From assembly GCA_025786725.1 (NCBI GenBank), contig JAHLTZ010000036.1, forward strand, positions 124,001 to 188,000: DNA of 64,000 bases, read 5' to 3'. Under the pieces are notes generated by a model that was given only the letters and a program-made list of their open reading frames with translations, searched no databases and had not been told where the DNA came from. This document shows, one piece after another, positions 38,247 to 51,684 of this stretch. Each line of letters starts with the position of its first letter. Position 1 is the stretch's first letter. A program made the translations under genes and the position numbers. The stretch is from Syncephalis fuscata S228 (Eukaryota > Fungi > Zoopagomycota).

Positions 38247-39227
38247 TTATATAGGCGTCTTGGGAAGCATAACCGAGTTTTTTAAAATTTGTTGCAAAAT
38301 AAATTCATTTGTATTCTGAACGTTAATAAGTCCTTTGTTTACTGGGATAGTGTTGTCGAAGTTGAGAATGAATACTTTGTAATCGTCTTTTTCCTCAGTA
38401 AAGCAATACCTAACAATACCATTGATATAAACACTAGTAAACAACAATATATTATATTTACTTTCAATATCCATGTGGACGTACCATTCCACTTTTTTGA
38501 TAACTTCCAGTTCTAATCATAGTTTAGTTTACAATGTATAGGCAATCCAAATCATTATCCTCTACTATTACTCCCCAGATATGGGCTATAAACTCTAACT
38601 GCCTAGCATTATAACTAATTGAAAATTTAGAATGATATCTATTATGTGAAAGCAATAACGATTAAATTTGGCATACCTTTGAGAGTTTTAGAATAAGTTT
38701 TGTATGTTGAGCTACATTTTTGAAGCGGTAGAATATAGCATTTAATATTTTTAGGCAATAGAAATTGATCTCTAGACAACAAGATTATGTGTTTCTCGTT
38801 ACGTTTAGGCTTTAATTCTGGCTTCAATAAATCATGTAATTAAGTATATTTGTCAGTTTTTTGCACGTCTGCTGTTATATAAAACTTACCCGTATACTTT
38901 AATGACGTAATTATTTGTATTCAAATTGATCCACATGCAAATCAAATTGGCTTTTTATTTTACTTTCCTTCAATATAATGTACGTCTTTAATATTGGATT
39001 CTTTACCTGTAAGCTTGAAACCATTCATGGCAAATGGATCAGTGTTGCCGTCCAATTTAATCCCCATAGATTCTACACAAATAATAAGGTTAGTAAATAA
39101 AACAAATAAATTGAAGTAGACACTTGCCAGTGGGCCCAAATAAACTTGTTATAACGTTAGTAGGCGTGGCTTGAGTAACCGATACTAGCATGAGCGCAGT
39201 AGCAGCGATAGCAAAAATGGATTTCAT
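38247..39227 (-). pseudogene. Degenerate secreted protein, possibly kinase-like fold
   Basis: Signal peptide MKSIFAIAATALMLVSVTQATP; in-frame stops after HYIEGK; downstream fragments EWYVHMDI and KVFILNFD recall HxD and DFG loops. Confidence 0.45.
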
Positions 39228-40240
39228 TGTAAAATGGTTATGTCAAGGTTCAGTCGTCAAATAAAAGGTGGCGTTTTCTATGAGGCTAGTCTGTGAGAAA
39301 AGAAGTATAATGTGATGATTAGACAAATAAACATGCTATAAATGCAGATATTTATAGTAAATATATTATGCGATGGTCTATGTATTTACTATGAGATTGG
39401 ACAAATACGGAATACATATTTCTGTGTAAAAAACATGAAACGAGTACATATAGATAAACCGTAAACAACTAATATCCGCATCTCATTACAGTTCCTAAAA
39501 CTACAAATATTTTGAAATAGCATTCTCATTTTATCTTTATATATTGAGTAATAAAACGAGTAAAACAATAACCTACTATACAGGTGCAGTTAGTTCTTAT
39601 TCTTTGAGCACCGATATTCAAACGAAATTGCAGATTTGTTTGTAAATTCCGCGGATCAAATTACTATTTTCGTTGATACTAATTGGAACTCAGAAATTTC
39701 ATGGTTTAAACACAGATTCTAACAATGTACATTGCAATTAATCCACCATTCAATGACTATTTAAAACATATGAGCAGTTACATAGACTAATATGCTGCGC
39801 TAATGATTTATGTTACAAAGCATTTAAGCTATATTATTAGTTATGTTTACTATATAACAGTAGTTTTAATTTTATTTTATTTTTGTTTATTATAATTAAA
39901 GATGTGCTGATATAATCTAATATACATGCTGTATTTTAAGCTTTAATATAAATGTTGATAAACATTAAAGATTAACATTGTGCGATAGCATCAGGATAAG
40001 GTATTTATTGGTCATCTAAATCGCAGTCTTTAAAATCAGTATTATGACGCTATTACAGATAATTTCAAATTAGTATAACAGCTTTTAATTTTGCCATTGT
40101 TTGGATCATATAGGTAAATACTTTTGTACTAGATAAATAGTGTACTAATATCTAATACATAAATAAACGTTCTAGTTTGTACTGCTTTACATTAGTCATT
40201 ATCAAAAGTATGTAATAGCTTATTTATTGCTAAACTACAT

Positions 40241-41906
<1,666 letters not shown>

Positions 41907-42070
41907 TTAGCAAACGACAGAATAAACAAACACGCAAGAACGGTAGACAATGTCAGGTAAAGAAGTGTAGGAATAAGGCAAGCGTGGTATTAAATGTGTA
42001 GTGACGCATTTGTCTACTGTGTGTAATATGCCTAGTATGGCTTGTTCAAATAAATTTATTACTCAGACAC

Positions 42071-43884
42071 TTAAGGGGATGTTTTGATATAATTACGTAG
42101 AAATACTTGTCGTTCCTGTACAGCATCCACACCTCGTCGCTTTTCTAACTCACGAATGGCATCCTCATTATCATTATCATTGCTACTATTAATGTAAGAT
42201 AGAATAATACTATCTTCCTTGGATGTCCAGACAAAATCGATACAATCTAGCGTGTAATAAATTGGTTAATCGAATATAGCATTATTAATGGATAGACTTA
42301 CTTTGCTTGCCTAAACGAAGATATCTACGGGCCAGGCTTACATTGCCTGAACATGCCTCTAAAGCCTTCATAGCCTTTTGACCTGTTACTTTAGCCTCAT
42401 CTCTTAATTGTTTAATAAGACGTAGAACTGCTAATTTTTGTCTATCCGCTAGTCCAATTGGCTCTGTAGTTGAATCTACGTCTAATTCAACATCGTTTCA
42501 TCACTCTGTTCAGGCGTGCTGTCACAATGTCCAAGAATAAACGATCGTTCTTTAAATTTAGGCTCTGGAGCGTTTAACTCTAGTGGAACATTTTCATCGT
42601 CACTATCTGATAATAATGATAACATGGGCTGTTGATCGGCACTTGAACGAGTCCGTTTTCGTCTATGGCTTATTTCCTGGTCAGAATCATTATCGTCATT
42701 ATTGTTATTAGTGTCGACATTGTTATTATTGCTATTAATGTCGGTATTGTTATTATTGACTATGATAGTCTCATTATCGGCAAATGATACTTGTTTGCGT
42801 GATCGTTTTCTTGATTGTGTAGTATCTGTACTTAAAAAAGTATCATTTTCTATCATTATTATTATATTAACTGTTAGTTTAAAACTTAATCTACTTAATT
42901 GATTACTTACGACAAGGAGAATCGGCTAATATAGTTGATTGATCAAATAAATGTTGTGGTATTATAGTTTTTTGGTCTACAGATCGTAGCACCATACTTG
43001 TTTGCTTGTCTTTTACAGTACTTTTGGGCGTATTTACTAAAGACTCATTGTTTGGTATATCGTTTAGACCAAAAAATGATTCATTTAAAAGCCTTTCAAG
43101 TTCGCTGTCATAAGCCAATGGATCTTGATCACGAAACTCGGCAAAAAACGACGAGGATTGTCTTGGATTAAACGGTGATTGTGGTGGAAGATTCTGAAAT
43201 GATCGCTCAACATTCCTTAGATTTTCATCTAATAAACCATTTAATTAATACTATAGTATTACTATAACTATTTACTTACCTTTCTTTCTTTTAACCCATC
43301 TTGAAGAAGGACTAAATAGTTGACTATTTTGTGTTTCATTATTCAATGGATTGGTTAAGAATCTTCGGTTATTATTCAAATAAGCTGATCCAAGTATTGA
43401 ACGAGCGTCATTCTGAGTATCTTCTGGCCAAGCTAATGAGCGGCTAGATAGAAATGACGTTTCTTCCATTTCATCCGTCAGACTGACTTTTAACATGTCA
43501 TCTGGATTATAATCGTCATCTATATGATCATTTGTATAAAATGGACTACTAAAACGTATTAATATTCAACTATATTACACGTATATTTCATTACCGTGAT
43601 TGGCCGTTGCCTAACATTGATTTTGAAAACATCAAATCCATTGAAAGTGAATCCTCCCAAGTGGAATCATGTGGCATAGAAGCTACTCTAGTCTGATCAT
43701 CTTTTAACTCGGTTGCATCACTCTGTGCTGGCTTGTTACGACCAGACGGTTGATCTCTACTGGTCGGCAATCTTGTTACAGTTTTATTTAACTGGCTATT
43801 GTCAGCCGCTGCTTGTGAGGCATAGAGTAGCTCATTGGTAAACGGCTCTTGAGACATAAACTTCAACGCGTTTTGTTTTTCCAT
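42071..43884 (-). CDS. Disordered protein with a C-terminal Rap1/TERF2IP RCT-like domain
   Basis: C-terminus KALEACSGNVSLARRYL..|..FVWTSKEDSIIL...AIRELEKRRGVDAVQERQVFL fits the Rap1_C pattern; the upstream exons are low complexity. Confidence 0.6.
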
Positions 43885-44540
43885 AATGACTAACGAATAT
43901 ATAGTTATGTTTAAACAGACTATAATCACTTAAACTATTGAGATCAGCAGTAAATAAAGCTAAATGTTCAATAAAGAAGTGCAATTGTTTTGTAGAAGTT
44001 TTAAAACAATAACAAATAGAAACTAAAAGAATGAAATGATTATGATTATTGGTGTTGTTTACTTTAAGCCCCTACTTTTTTGGAAATAAAATATATGGAA
44101 CTCAATTTCAATCCGTCTTCCCAGAAATCACATTTATTGCACCATAGAATATGGCAAGTCAAATCTATTCTTATAGATATGTTTACAGTTATTTTATTTA
44201 ACATTCAATAAACACTGTTGCTTATATACTGAATATAACGCTTAACAATTTAGCTGTCAATTATAATATCATGTTCTATGATAATGACATTGTTTATGCA
44301 TTGAAATCCATCCTTTTTATTTTATTGATAACATTGTTCTATGAATATACTTGTCTTTATTGTTTGTTATCTATTCTTATTACACTCATTGTTTTACTGA
44401 TGACATTGTTTTATAATTATATTTGCTTTTATACTATTAATTTTTATTCTTTCTTTTATTCCACCGCTTAAACAATCCTTTTATCTGTATTTCAATTTGT
44501 TCATAGTCTTTTTATCTACAACTCTACTCGATTTATGATT

Positions 44541-45132
44541 TGTATATATTATTTCATTTATCAATTAAATAAAGATAGCCATTTTACATTAAACAATTTA
44601 TTAATGATTTATTATGATTTGGGGTCAAATAACTAAATTTAATAACATTTGCGTAATTAAACTACATATTCAATCTATTAAACATAAGGACAAGTGGTGA
44701 GTTTTATTTAATCATCACATCATCACATTTATTGTTTGTTTGGTGGCCAAATGACTAATATTTAATAACATTCAAATCTATTGAACATGATGATGGGCGG
44801 TGAGTGACATCAATCATCAAATACTCATCATTATAGATTCATTATCCAGTATGCATATATTCAGTACACATATATACTCTATTCACTTACATCATTCCAA
44901 TTCTGTTCCACGCCACTATATATCATTCTACAATATACTAGACAAATTCTATTATTTATATTTTTTATTCATTCCATTCATTAAGTTATATCTACTATAA
45001 CTATAGCATCATTTCTATACTTTTTACCATATATTTATTACTTTATATATTACTTTATAATCGTCTAGTTTTTCTCTACCCAAAACTAGTTTTATTTTTA
45101 TTCTATTTTATTAATAAATGTCAATTAATCCC
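44541..45132 (+). repeat. Dispersed repeat family A, copy 4 (longest)
   Basis: Homologous to 12716-13125 and to the reverse complement of 13171-13585. Confidence 0.85.
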
Positions 45133-45670
45133 AGTTATTGCTCATGTATATATGCTCAATAACTTTGACCTTGCAAATCCCGTTCAATATTGCATATTCA
45201 TTATAATGGTTATCATTTTATTATATATTGGCTATACGCTGTTTATAGCCGTTGTCGGCATGGTTCCAACTCTTTTATTAATAAAATTGACATATCGCAC
45301 TTAGTTTGTTCACTGATTTATATTGATAGAACAGATAATATGGATATGAATAAAGTTATGTTTTATTAGTATTATTTATAAATAAACTAGATCATATCAA
45401 TTAGTCATGATTTTAATATTAATTGTCGTATTGCTATCAGAGGGGGGGAGGAACTGAGCAATCCGATAAGGCAGATAGAACACCGGCAGATAATAATAAA
45501 ATTGAATATTAAGATTAAACTAAGTTTATTGATAAATGTAAATGCATCAACTTTTATAGCTGGCGCGACATACTAATTACGTGGTACGCGGGTACCACGT
45601 GATCCGAATATGCCGCCACATTAATTAAGCAAAATGACGGATATATATAGTACTAGCACATACTGTGATG

Positions 45671-45930
45671 ATATATGCATGCTGGATAATGAATCTATAA
45701 TGATGAGTATTTGATGATTGATGTCACTCACCACCCATCATCATGTTCAATAGATTGGGCGTTATTAAATATTAGTCATTTGGCCACCAAATCACAATAA
45801 ATGTGATGATGTGACGATTAAATAAAACTCGCCACTTGTTTCCCTGTTCAATAGAATGAACTTGTAGTTCAGCTGCGTAAATGTTAGCAACATAGTCATT
45901 TGACTCCAAAGCACATTAAATAGTTAATGA
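45671..45930 (-). repeat. Family A, copy 5 (inverted, facing copy 4)
   Basis: Reverse complement of about 44600-44860 (GGATAATGAATCTATAATGATGAGTATTTGATGATTGATGTCACTCACC...). Confidence 0.85.
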
Positions 45931-46663
45931 ACAGGTTGATATTATTGTTAAATGAGCAATGTCAATGTCGCGATATTAAATGTAGCTAACTACAATACGT
46001 TGATTTATTTTTTATTTACTTAATAAACTAAATAAGATATATAATAACATACTGCTATTATTTTAAAAGTAAAATAATAAGCATACTAGCAACGTTGAAC
46101 TAGTCGAATGATTTATAGTAGATATAGTAGATAATAATTTCATTTTATAATAAATGAATTTAAAAAATAATTAAGAAGAATTTAGACTTATAATTTGTTC
46201 CTTTCTTCAAGCAATTAGTATAAGTATTATTCTATTTAATAAAATAAATAATATTTTTGCAATAAGTTACATAGTTGATAACAATTAACAATTATTTTAC
46301 AAAGGGCCTGAGTTGTTGGTAAGAATATCAATTGAAATTGTTACTTGAAATCAGCAGAACCGGATGTTTATTTGCAAGCTAATCATGCGTATTGATAATG
46401 TGATGCAAATCATATGATAATAGTAGTAGTAATTAATTCGGATTGCCAATTGGTAATCGATATAACTAAGCTTTAACACCAAGTTATTGAATATGCGAAA
46501 TAGTAACAATGAATGCTATAACATTTAAAAAACAATACAATTTAGTATAATCTTATATGATACACTTGTATTTGCGTTGTAATAGTTTCATCTTATTAAT
46601 CAAATAATAAGTAGCTATATTTAAGCGGTGTTTATTAATTTTAATAACCAATTAATTATTTAC

Positions 46664-49307
46664 TTAATCATGCCATTTTAGATTAAGAGACATTGCCATA
46701 AATGAAAGCTTATCCACAGTTTGACTAATCTGGGTCGTTGATGATTGTACATTAGCATCATAGTTAACACGAAGCATCAATGGATTGGGATTCTTTGGCA
46801 TTTGTATTGAAGTTCAGCAGCTAACTTGTATGAATTTAATGGTGATATACGGTCCAATTGATCCGGTGTATTTAAAAGCAGTGCTGGGTAAATTTTGTTG
46901 GCATTAACATTGTGTAATGGAGAATACCGTAATAAATATTCAAAATCACTTTTAACATCAGGATTGCCAAATCTCGTTGTCCAGGTCCTTCCAAAGAGAG
47001 ATTTGTGAAACCGTAGCATATCCGTGAGACCATAGTCGGTTAGACCGCATCCAAACAATTCGGGTGCCTGATTAGCAGCAGTGGTAACTAGTAAGCTACC
47101 AGTATCAACACCTTGAAGTGTTAGCAATGACGGTTTGGTGTAGCCTTGCTCAGAAAGATATTTGGCAGCACTTTGGAAGTCGTCAAAAGTGTTTTGCTTC
47201 TTTTGTAACATACCATCTTTACGCCAGTCGGAGCCATATTCGCCGCCACCGCGTATGTTAGCGACAGCCACAATACCATTGAAATGTTTGAGGAAAGCAC
47301 CCCATAGCGTATTGAATTGTGGTTTTTGTGATTGAGAGGAACTGCCGTCACTAAATAAGATGGTTGGGTGACTTTTGTCGAGTGAAATTCCTTTGCGTGC
47401 TGTAATAAACATAGGAAACTCTACGTTGTCCTTGCTCTTAACAAATACCTGGCGTGTTTCAAATTCCTCGGGATTGAATCCAGGCGTTTTCAATTCATTT
47501 ACCACAGATAGTGTATTTGATTTAGCATCATAACGGTAAATGGTACCTCGACTCAAAAAAGATTGCACTGAAAAGAATACTTCGGTATGTCTAAAGTCTG
47601 TGTAAATATCGTTCACTGAGCCCATAGGCAATGGTATATCACGGATTTTTTTGCCAGTGCTAAGGTGGTGAATTGATAAAGCACTTTTTGCGTCTTTCAT
47701 ATATTCAAGCAAGAGATAAGCGCCTCCTACAAAATTGGCACTAGTTAAAATGTCTTTTTCATGCTGAGGAACCAAATCGACAAATCCCTTTTCTGGAGCT
47801 GCCATGTCATATGTAATAACTTTAAAACGAGGGGCATTCTTGTCAGAATAGAAATAAAAGCGATCCCCAACATTGGTAATGCTATAAAATTGATTTAGCT
47901 AAATTAACTATATGTATATTGTCACTTACTAATCATGATAGCCGTTCATACCATTTGCTATCTTGTTGAATGTAATATTTTTTGGCACACTTCCATCTTT
48001 ACCCATACGAGCCAACCATACATCTTCGTTACGTTTATTATCAGTAACTCTTACCACTAGCCAGCGGCCATCATCGCCTACCCAAGAGAATAAAGTATAT
48101 GTAGGAGCTTCAGGATATTCAGCAATTAGTTGATCGCTCGACTGTTGTGTACCAAGACGATGGTAGTAAACTTTAGCATTTTCACTGCTGCTTGTTTTGG
48201 TGTTAGCAGCTTTGTCGCCACCACTTGGTTCTAAATAGCCCTAATCAATTGTAAATAAATAAATATAAACAATGTAGATAATAGCTATAACTTACTGTGT
48301 AAAAAAAGCCGAGCTCATCGTGGGACCAGGCAATGTTAAAAAACTTGGTCCACTTGACTTCATCAATTGCATCCTGGCCAGCTTTGCAATGCGGAGTGTT
48401 TTCAACACAACGTACACGTATGGTGCCCCAGTCGCTGCCGCCTTTTCTAATAATATAACCAAAATATTTTCCGGAACTTGAAAATAGATTTCGATTGAGG
48501 GAAACAACATCATTCTTGTCCCATTGGTTTGAATCAAGAAAAACCGTTTTTTCAGCATTCAATGACTTCTGCTTATACAAAATACTTAGATTATCTGAAT
48601 TAGATTGATAAAAAGTAAAGTAATAATTGCCAGCTTTCATTGGAGTATTTATCGAGTCGCCGTTATATAGTTTAGTAACTCTAATAATGTAATAGATAAT
48701 TAGTAGCTATTTTGTTAATACATTTGATGCTACCTACGCGCTTGTATAAGCATCGCGCTGGCTATTTCGGCTTAAGTAAGAGTCTGTCAGTTTGTTCTGG
48801 TCCTTGACAAATGCCTAGTTATTTGTTAGTTTTATTAAAAGCCGATTAGACTAAATCTAACCTTAGTTTCATTGCTTTTAGTATCTTCCAGCCATCGGTA
48901 TGGATCGGCAATCTTATGGCCATGAATGGTCTCGACAACAGACTGGTCTCGACGTACAATAGGATATTTCCAATCGGCCTGACCTGACTTTGAAGGTGTG
49001 TTTTTTGCCGATGCAGTTTGGCTTGACTTGGCGGGTTCGGGTGGGATTACCGACTTCGGGACGGGTAAAGCCTTGTTACCGGTGTCAGGAGTTTTTGCTA
49101 CGACGGGTTGAGCCGAATTGCCAAGATCAAGCGGGTTAGCTTCTGCGGGAATTAAGCATTGTTTTTACCAAAATTATCCAGTATTCGGTACATATTAGTA
49201 ATTACAATAAACATAGTATTTGAGTTCTAAAACCTACTTGTAGTAGGCAAATCCAATTTGATTGCTAGTGCCAGCACAAAAAGTAGCTTATGAAGTGATA
49301 AATGCAT
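46664..49307 (-). CDS. Secreted prolyl-oligopeptidase (S9A) homologue, apparently catalytically inactive
   Basis: Signal-like N-terminus; IADPYRWLED; VKWTKFFNIAW; VYYHRLGTQQSSD; ANIRGGGEYG..W; KQNTFDDFQSAAKYL; DMLRFH; YSPLHN. The nucleophile motif reads GVDTG instead of GGSNG. Confidence 0.88.
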
Positions 49308-50269
49308 TGTAAGTTTTAAAGGAGTATTAGAGATACGAAAATATAAATTAATCAGTAATCCTAATAATAGTTGGTAGTGAGTTGTTGCTTTACAAATTAA
49401 AAATCATTGCTTTATTTAAATAAGATACTGGGTAAGCAATCGGTTTGTAATATGTAAAAGTTCTCAAATGTAGCTGGTATTTCTGTAGCAATTACCTGTT
49501 TATGATCCCATGCAAAGGACTAGTTGGTTATCGTTTGAAACACTGAGAATACACGTACCATTTTATATTATGCAATTATAAAATGTAATGTAGGGTTATC
49601 CTGTGTATGGTTTTGTCATAAACTATTTTTAACTTGTAGCACTATATAATTTTTTTAATTGCTTAATTCAATAATTAGTGGCTGTTTGATGTAAAAGCAA
49701 TTACATTCCAAACCATTAAGTTTGGCTTTGCTTTTTAAAACTGGCAATAATTATGTTGTTTTACATAAATAACAGAATAAATACAAATGATTTTAAATAT
49801 CAATTTATTACATTTATAATAAGCAATGCGCTTTAAATATATAATTAGCTGATTTATAAAATGCAGTGCAATCAGTAAGTAATTATATCTTTATGTTAGT
49901 GGTTTGTATAGTAGATTATTCTACATATGCTATTTACATTTGGCTATTTAAAATTTGTACCTTACCAAGTATGATTGGTGTAATTATGAAACACAAATAT
50001 GCATTGTCGTTTCATATATATGTATTGTAGCTATTTTTGGTTGTCATTTGAGCTAATGATCTATTTGTCTCATTTTTTGTAACCCCTTGACCTCGACCTG
50101 ATTTTTACAGATTTACATTGATATTGCAATAACTGAGCTTTTATTTTGTTTTATATAAAGCAACATAATTTATTGTTAGCTTTAAAAGCAAATCCAAACT
50201 ATTGATCTTGGAATGTAATTGCTTCTACATCAACACAGCCACTAGCTATTTAAATTTGAATTTACTAGC

Positions 50270-50565
50270 TTGAGGCAACGGTCCGTAAGAACTAACCGCG
50301 CATTTGCAGCATTTGCCTGCCACCCATAGAAGAATAGACGGTTCATTTTGAAACCTATCCGTGTGCAACGCAGAACTTGCCATCTGCAACAGAAACTGTC
50401 GGTGGCTTTTCTCACGTGTTGGAATATCGACCGTTTTTCTTACAAAAGGATTCCATCACGCATTTCCTGAAAACGCAATTCAAAATAGGCAAACCAACAC
50501 TTTCCTCCTAAGGAAAGGCGTGTTAGCTGTTTACGCCACCACGACTCCCCTAACACACTCACTAG
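50270..50565 (-). ncRNA. Candidate structured RNA of unknown class
   Basis: GC-rich island with several helices, some nested, whose G-U pairs occur on the minus strand (see finding). Confidence 0.35.
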
Positions 50566-50878
50566 TTATTGATTCAAGCAATTAAAAAATTGTATAGCGT
50601 TACAAGTTTAACAATAATACTAATAGCAAAAAATACACAAAATGCTCTTAAATCACATTTCAGGACGATTTTACTTTAAGCTTCATATTTTTTTTGGAAA
50701 TAAAAGATATGAACCCAAACTCCATTTCAACCAAATATAATGTAAGCATTATCCAATACTAACAAGCTTTATTATAGATTATTCAATTAGTTCAGCGCTA
50801 GTAATGTACTTATTGTTTTATTCCAAGCAAAATAGTAATAATATGCTATCATATATCTTATTTAATTTATTAATTAAA

Positions 50879-51170
50879 TAATAAATATATGGTAAAAAGT
50901 ATAGAAATGATGCTATAGTTATAGTAGATATAACTTAATGAATGGAATGAATAAAAAATATAAATAATAGAATTTGTCTAGTATATTGTAGAATGATATA
51001 TAGTGGCGTGGAACAGAATTGGAATGATGTAAGTGAATAGAGTATATATGTGTACTGAATATATGCATACTGGATAATGAATCTATAATGATGAGTATTT
51101 GATGATTGATGTCACTCACCGCCCATCATCATGTTCAATAGATTTGAATGTTATTAAATATTAGTCATTT
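50879..51170 (-). repeat. Family A, copy 6: 292-bp apparently identical inverted copy of 44749-45040
   Basis: Identical 66-aa spurious ORFs at 44800 (+) and 51119 (-); boundaries match by eye. Confidence 0.92.
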
Positions 51171-51419
51171 AATCACAAATTATATCAATGGTTAATAAAT
51201 TTAATTAGATTGTATAATAATGTTAAACGATACACAATATTTTATATGGCGATGGTATTTTATTTAATTCAATTAGCAAGTATCAAAATTAAAAGTTAAA
51301 ATGCAATGATACATAGTATGTATATATTAATAAAACAACACTAGTATAATTGAATAGAACAATTAACTAAGCAACTATTGATATTATTAATAAAATAGCT
51401 GACGTGGTTGTAATCGCAG

Positions 51420-51647
51420 TGAATGTGACTTATTGTAATGTGTTAATATCTAATCAATATTTATAAACATGACTAATAACAGCAACGAGTAGTCTTAAAT
51501 GTTTCAAAGAGATCAAATAATATGTTAACTTCTTTATTTAAATCAATATATTAACACCATTTTAGTAAAAAGTAATATAATCATGTTTTATTGTGCATAA
51601 CAGCGCGACTTCAATTGAAACGAATTTTAGAGTTTTTTAAAGTAAAA
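51420..51647 (+). mobile_element. Family B right-end fragment (copy 5)
   Basis: TTTATTTAAATCAATATATTAACACCATTT..AAAAAGTAATATAAT..TTGTGCATAACAGC..TTCAATTGAA..AAAGTAAAAT matches the right end of the copy at 55117-55893. Confidence 0.7.
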
Positions 51648-51684
51648 TTTAGCACAAATTTATTTAATAATTTAATTATGCAAT

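Noticed and set aside
44800-45000. 'MSDIN...' ORFs (also 50919-51119) flanking a prolyl oligopeptidase, suggestive of an amatoxin-type MSDIN/POPB RiPP cluster
   Set aside because: The ORFs start at GTG rather than ATG and lack the ATRLP leader/core/follower layout. They lie within dispersed repeat family A, whose other copies do not keep the frame. The POP also lacks its catalytic Ser.
50546-50556. CCCCTAACAC as a telomerase RNA template
   Set aside because: It is only about one TTAGGG complement with no alignment region, and it lies on the strand opposite to the one favoured by G-U pairing.
50517-50566. Helitron 3' end (hairpin plus CTAG|T)
   Set aside because: The hairpin is weak and too far from CTAG; no 5' TC end or second copy was seen.
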